Source: Ignavibacteriota bacterium (GTDB lineage: Bacteria; Bacteroidota; Ignavibacteria; UBA10030; SZUA-254). From it: a stretch of 64,000 nt of DNA. Both the position numbers and the translations under genes were made by a program. The DNA is taken from the NCBI GenBank assembly GCA_016212665.1, contig JACREZ010000032.1:65566-129565 (forward strand), in the 5' to 3' direction. Shown here one piece after another: positions 59,310 through 64,000 of this stretch. Position 1 is the first letter of the stretch. Every line of letters starts with the position of its first letter. The notes below the pieces were generated by a model. The model saw only the letters and a program-made list of their open reading frames with translations, searched no databases and had not been told where the DNA came from.

Positions 59310-60796
59310 AATCTAAAACGAATAAATCTTACTTCGATGAGAAATTTATTGGTAATGCTTTTACCTTCGATGATGTTCTCCTCGTTCCACGAAAATCTTC
59401 AGTGCTTCCAAGAGAGACGGATGTTTCTACACAACTTACGCGTAACATCAAACTGAATATTCCGCTCATCTCCGCCGCGATGGATACGGTTACGGAAGCA
59501 CGGCTTGCAATTGCACTTGCTCGTGAAGGAGGAATTGGAATCTTGCATAAAAACATGAGTATCGAAGCGCATGCAGAGCAGGTTGATAAAGTGAAACGCT
59601 CCGAAAGCGGAATGATTACCGACCCGATTACGATGCAACCCAATCAGACAGTTGCTGAAGCGTTGGCGTTGATGAGTAAATATCAGATTTCCGGTATTCC
59701 GATTATTAATGGAAACGGAATGTTGATTGGTATCCTGACGAACCGTGATTTACGTTTCGAGCCGAATCGCGATTTGCGCGTTGAAAAATTAATGACGAAA
59801 GAAAATCTCATCACCGCTTCGGTAGGAACGACGCTTGAGAAAGCAGAACAAATTTTGCAAAAGCATCGCATCGAAAAATTACCGATTGTTGATAAATACG
59901 GAAAACTTCGCGGGCTTCTCACGTTCAAAGATATTCAAAAGAAGAAGAGTTTCCCCAAAGCTTGCAAGGATTCTCTCGGACGATTGCGTGTGGGTGCGGC
60001 GGTTGGAATTAAAGCCGATACTCTCGAAAGAGTTGATGAACTCATCAAATCAGCAGTTGATGTTATTATTGTGGACACGGCACATGGTCATTCTCAAGGT
60101 GTGTTGGAAATGATTACGCGAGTGAAACGAAAATATCCTAACTGCGATGTCATTGGTGGTAATGTGGGAACTGCTGAAGCCACCCGTGACATCATCAAAG
60201 CAGGCGCGGATGGTGTGAAAGTCGGCATCGGTCCCGGTTCGATTTGCACGACAAGAATTATTGCCGGCGTTGGTGTTCCGCAAGTAACCGCAATCAATGA
60301 ATGTGCGAAGGAAGCAAGTAAAGCGCGTGTTCCACTTATTGCCGATGGAGGCATCAAACAAACAGGCGATATTGCCAAAGCAATTGCTGCCGGTGCAGAT
60401 ACAATTATGATTGGAAATCTCTTCGCTGGAGTTGAAGAAAGTCCGGGTGAAAAAGTTCTGCTCGAAGGACGCGCATACAAAAGTTATCGCGGCATGGGTT
60501 CGATTGATGCGATGAAGCAAGGAAGCAGCGACAGATATTTTCAAGATGTCGAAGATGATTTGCCGAAACTTGTTCCCGAAGGAATCGAAGGACTTGTTCA
60601 TTTCAAAGGTCCGCTTGCTGATACGGTGTTTCAGATGGTAGGTGGCTTGCGTGCGGCGATGGGTTACTGCGGTTGTAGAACAATCAAAGAAATGAAAACA
60701 AAAACTCAGTTCGTGCGAATGACACAAGCGGGCTTGAAAGAAAGTCATCCGCATGACATTCGTATTTCTAAAGAAGCGCCGAATTATCACTGGTAA
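59306..60796 (+). CDS. guaB: IMP dehydrogenase
   Basis: Two CBS domains inserted in a TIM barrel, with the catalytic loop [11 protein letters not shown] and GGNVGT. Confidence 0.95.
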   Translation: MKSKTNKSYFDEKFIGNAFTFDDVLLVPRKSSVLPRETDVSTQLTRNIKLNIPLISAAMDTVTEARLAIALAREGGIGILHKNMSIEAHAEQVDKVKRSESGMITDPITMQPNQTVAEALALMSKYQISGIPIINGNGMLIGILTNRDLRFEPNRDLRVEKLMTKENLITASVGTTLEKAEQILQKHRIEKLPIVDKYGKLRGLLTFKDIQKKKSFPKACKDSLGRLRVGAAVGIKADTLERVDELIKSAVDVIIVDTAHGHSQGVLEMITRVKRKYPNCDVIGGNVGTAEATRDIIKAGADGVKVGIGPGSICTTRIIAGVGVPQVTAINECAKEASKARVPLIADGGIKQTGDIAKAIAAGADTIMIGNLFAGVEESPGEKVLLEGRAYKSYRGMGSIDAMKQGSSDRYFQDVEDDLPKLVPEGIEGLVHFKGPLADTVFQMVGGLRAAMGYCGCRTIKEMKTKTQFVRMTQAGLKESHPHDIRISKEAPNYHW

Positions 60797-60883
60797 AACT
60801 CATCGGTTACAAGTTACAGGTTACACGTTACTGTTACCCAATCATCAATCGGCAATCGAAAATCATCAATCATAAATCTTTAT

Positions 60884-61960
60884 ATGAATAAATCCCGACT
60901 AACTACACTTCGAAATACTTTCGATTCACTCAACATAGACGCGTTCTTAGTAACATTCATGCCGCATCTTCGATGGGCAAGCGGCTTCACCGGTTCAAAT
61001 GGTGTTGGATTGGTAACAAAGAGAAACGCATATTTCGTAACTGACGGGCGATACGAGGAACAAGTAAAACGGGAAGTGCATGGATGGACAACTGCCATCG
61101 CACGGGATTATAATTTGTATGAACTCATGCTCAAACGAAAATGGTTTCGCTCCGGCACAAGAATCGGGTTTGACGGCAATACGGTTTCGCTAACACAGTT
61201 TCAGGATTGGAAAAAGAAATTCCCGAAAGTATTTTTCCGTCCGCGTGCGGAAGTGATGGAGAAACTTATCGTTAGTAAAGATGAAAACGAAATTGCCAAC
61301 ATCAGAAAAGCAGTGGAAATCACCGACAAAGTTTTTGCCGACATCCTTCCGCTTCTCAAACCCGGAGTTGTCGAAGCGGACATCGCTGCCGAGATTACCT
61401 ATCGTCAACGGAAATATGGCGCGGCATCGGATGCGTTTGAATCCATTGTTGCAAGTGGCGCGAACAGCGCACTGCCGCACGCACGTGCTTCATCAAAGAA
61501 AATTAAAAAGGGGGACATGGTCACGCTCGATTTCGGTTGCGTCTATCATGGCTACCATTCCGACATGACAAGAACTGTTGCTGTCGGGAAGCCACTGTAT
61601 GAAATGTTGAAAATCTATCAAGTAGTTCTTGACGCGCAAAAGAAAGCAATCGAAGCAGCGCACGCTGAGATGAAAGTGTTTGATTTGGATGCAGTCGCAC
61701 GTGACCATATCAAAGAAAAGGGATATGGAAAATTTTACAATCATTCGCTCGGGCACGGAATCGGTTTGCAAATACATGAACCACCGAAAATTTCATGGAC
61801 AAATAAAACTGCTGTCCTGAAAGAAGGTTGCGTCGTTACCATCGAACCGGGAATTTATCTTCCCGAACTCGGCGGCGTTCGGATTGAAGACGATATTGTC
61901 ATTCGAAATTCCGACTGTGAAATTCTCACTCAATCACCAAAGGAATTAATCGTCCTCTAA
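60884..61960 (+). CDS. M24-family Xaa-Pro aminopeptidase
   Basis: HGLGHGIGLQIHEPP with the ...TIEPGIY...EDD metal ligands. N-terminal creatinase-like domain. Confidence 0.8.
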   Translation: MNKSRLTTLRNTFDSLNIDAFLVTFMPHLRWASGFTGSNGVGLVTKRNAYFVTDGRYEEQVKREVHGWTTAIARDYNLYELMLKRKWFRSGTRIGFDGNTVSLTQFQDWKKKFPKVFFRPRAEVMEKLIVSKDENEIANIRKAVEITDKVFADILPLLKPGVVEADIAAEITYRQRKYGAASDAFESIVASGANSALPHARASSKKIKKGDMVTLDFGCVYHGYHSDMTRTVAVGKPLYEMLKIYQVVLDAQKKAIEAAHAEMKVFDLDAVARDHIKEKGYGKFYNHSLGHGIGLQIHEPPKISWTNKTAVLKEGCVVTIEPGIYLPELGGVRIEDDIVIRNSDCEILTQSPKELIVL

Positions 61961-61963
61961 TCA

Positions 61964-63247
61964 ATGAGTTCTGAAATAACGCGTAAGCGACCTGTTCTTG
62001 TCATCGCATATTATTTTCCTCCTCTCGGATTGAGTGGCGTACAGCGCACACTTAAATTTGTAAAATACCTTCCACAGTTCGGGTATCAACCGACAGTGCT
62101 CACAGTAACACCGACCGGTTACTTTGCGCAGGATGAATCGTTGCTCGAGGAACTCAACGGACTCGACATCGAAATCTTTCGAGTCGGCTCGCTTGATGCA
62201 AATCGTCTTTTCAAGAAAAAAGGCGTGGTTAAAATGCCTTCTGAGAGAATGAGAAAGTTCCTCACGTTTCTCAGCGACTCGTTTTTCATTCCCGATAACA
62301 AAATCGGTTGGAAAAATAAAGCGCTCAAAGCCGCAATCGAGTTGCATCAGAAACATAAGTTCAACCTTGTCTTTGCAACCGCTCCCCCCTTCACCGATTT
62401 TTTAATTGGAGCGGAACTGCGAAAGCGGTTCAATCTTCCCTTGGTGATTGATTACCGTGACCCGTGGCTTGAATATCCGTTGAAATATTATCCGACACCA
62501 CTTCATCGTTGGTTGAATTATCGAATGGAAAAAGCGGTGCTTCGACTTTCATCGAGAATCATTGTCACCAACCGTCGTGTGAAGGAGTTGATGATTAAGA
62601 AATATCGCTTCTTAGAATACAACGACATCACGATTCTCTCACAGGGATTCGACCCGACAGATTTTGAAGCCGTTAGCGAATCCGCTTCACCACAGAAAAT
62701 GAGAATTACTCACGCAGGAGTTTTTTACGGAGATAGAACGCCAAAGTATTTTCTTCAGGCATTGAAAAGAATCTTTGTCGAGCGACCGAGTCTGAAAGAA
62801 AAAATCGAAGCGTGTTTTGTCGGCGTGCTTCAGGATGAACATACAAAACTCATAAAGCAGTTGGGACTTGAATCCAACATCATCACGACCGGCTACCTGA
62901 ATCATGAATCCTGTATCCGACAAATCATGTCCTCCGATATTCTTTGGTTGACGGTGAACAACGACCGGCAGTCACCCGGCAAGTTGTACGAATATATCGG
63001 CGCAAGAAAGCCTGTCCTCGCTTGCGTACCGGATGGATTCATCCGGCAAACATTGCAGGAAACCGGCGCGAGTATTTTCGCCAAGCCGGATAATGTCGAA
63101 GAAATTGCGCAGGCAATTCTTAAATTTTATCAGCTGTACGAGCAGAAGAAACTTCCGAAACCGAATGAAGAAATCGTTCAAAAGTATGACCGAGTGAAGT
63201 TGACAGAAGAACTTTCCCGCATGTTTGGGTTTTTGGTGAGTGAATGA
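61964..63247 (+). CDS. glycosyltransferase (GT4-like)
   Basis: N-terminus PVLVIAYYFPPLGLSGVQRTLKFVKYL and a C-terminal Rossmann half typical of GT-B glycosyltransferases. Confidence 0.55.
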   Translation: MSSEITRKRPVLVIAYYFPPLGLSGVQRTLKFVKYLPQFGYQPTVLTVTPTGYFAQDESLLEELNGLDIEIFRVGSLDANRLFKKKGVVKMPSERMRKFLTFLSDSFFIPDNKIGWKNKALKAAIELHQKHKFNLVFATAPPFTDFLIGAELRKRFNLPLVIDYRDPWLEYPLKYYPTPLHRWLNYRMEKAVLRLSSRIIVTNRRVKELMIKKYRFLEYNDITILSQGFDPTDFEAVSESASPQKMRITHAGVFYGDRTPKYFLQALKRIFVERPSLKEKIEACFVGVLQDEHTKLIKQLGLESNIITTGYLNHESCIRQIMSSDILWLTVNNDRQSPGKLYEYIGARKPVLACVPDGFIRQTLQETGASIFAKPDNVEEIAQAILKFYQLYEQKKLPKPNEEIVQKYDRVKLTEELSRMFGFLVSE

Positions 63248-63369
63248 TGCTAACGATTTTTGATTCTTCCACGCCAATCTCACACTGTCACCCCGAACTT
63301 GTTTCGGGGTCTATCCACGAGTATTTACAGATGCTGAAACAAGTTCAGCATGACGATAGAATGAAAATA

Positions 63370-64000
63370 TGAAAATCTTAGTCATCGGAAGCGGCGGACG
63401 GGAACATGCTTTGGTGTGGAAACTCAAACAGAGCAAACAAGTCCAGAAACTTTTCTGCGGTCCCGGAAATCCCGGAATTGCAGAACATGCTGAGTGCGTT
63501 CCAATCAAAGCAAATGATATTGAAGCGTTAAAAAAATTTGCTCTTGAACAGAACGTTGACCTGACCATCGTCGGACCCGAGCAGCCTCTTGTTGACGGAA
63601 TTGTTGATGAGTTTGAATCTGCCGGATTGAAAATCTTCGGGCCTTCAAAGTTTGCAGCACAGTTGGAAGGGAGTAAAATCTTCGCCAAGCAGTTCATGAG
63701 GCGGCACAACATTCCGACTGCGAAGTTTGAAACGTTTGAAAGCCATCAAATAACAGAAGCAAAAGATTTCATTTCGAACTGCTCACTTCCCATCGTTATC
63801 AAAGCAGACGGACTTGCGGCAGGAAAAGGAGTTGCAATTTGTTTGACTAAAAACGAAGCAACCGAAATCCTCCATCAATACTTTGAAGAGCGAGTATTTG
63901 CCGATGCTGGAACACGAATCGTCATCGAAGAATTTATGGAAGGTGAAGAAGCATCCATCTTCGCGTTGACAGATGGAAAGAATTTCGTCACGCTCTCCCC
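63370..64000 (+). CDS. purD: phosphoribosylamine--glycine ligase, 3'-truncated by the window edge
   Basis: MKILVIGSGGREHALVWKL... with the ATP-grasp region. The frame is open to the window end. Confidence 0.9.

Overview
This 64-kb window looks like a bacterial chromosome segment at roughly 40% GC, with FCB-group (Bacteroidota/Ignavibacteriota-like) hallmarks. Two very large secreted proteins carry BNR/Asp-box repeats and a type-IX-secretion (T9SS) C-terminal sorting domain, and promoter-proximal motifs of the Bacteroidetes TAnnTTTG type recur. The taxon assignment is an inference. Housekeeping genes are clearly recognisable. They include moeB-like, suhB, hflX, tRNA-Pro, a CheY-like response regulator (RR) next to a sigma54-dependent NtrC-like activator, a WbaP-like sugar transferase, gmhA, alaS, clpS, groES/groEL with a degenerate CIRCE, an M1 aminopeptidase, agmatinase, glutaryl-CoA dehydrogenase (DH)-like, guaB, an M24 peptidase, a glycosyltransferase (GT) and partial purD. 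An accessory island of about 12 kb sits between them at roughly 24.8-36.5 kb. It begins with a helix-turn-helix (HTH) + ImmA/IrrE Zn-peptidase gene followed by a DUF4411 PIN-like gene. This cassette is bracketed by about 250-bp direct repeats that duplicate the 3' end of the upstream T9SS gene plus a palindromic element. The island continues with several uncharacterised genes. One is a SIR2_2-like gene (NAD-binding xLFLGAGAS motif) interrupted by an in-frame TAA and preceded in the same operon by a membrane-protein gene. Further right are an apparent lipid-modifying operon (EEP phosphoesterase, YiiX-like, PLD, CPBP, DUF362) and a 4-gene membrane/Amidase_2 operon. The non-coding DNA contains several repeat families: a nested-palindrome element with core TCTACGACTCGTAGA at four loci, a 42-bp tandem array of palindromic units, a degenerate 21-bp tandem array, a 25-nt GC hairpin present at two loci, and an AT-rich block of 320 bp dense in TTTCAGRAAT motifs. 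No CRISPR array or rRNA was found.
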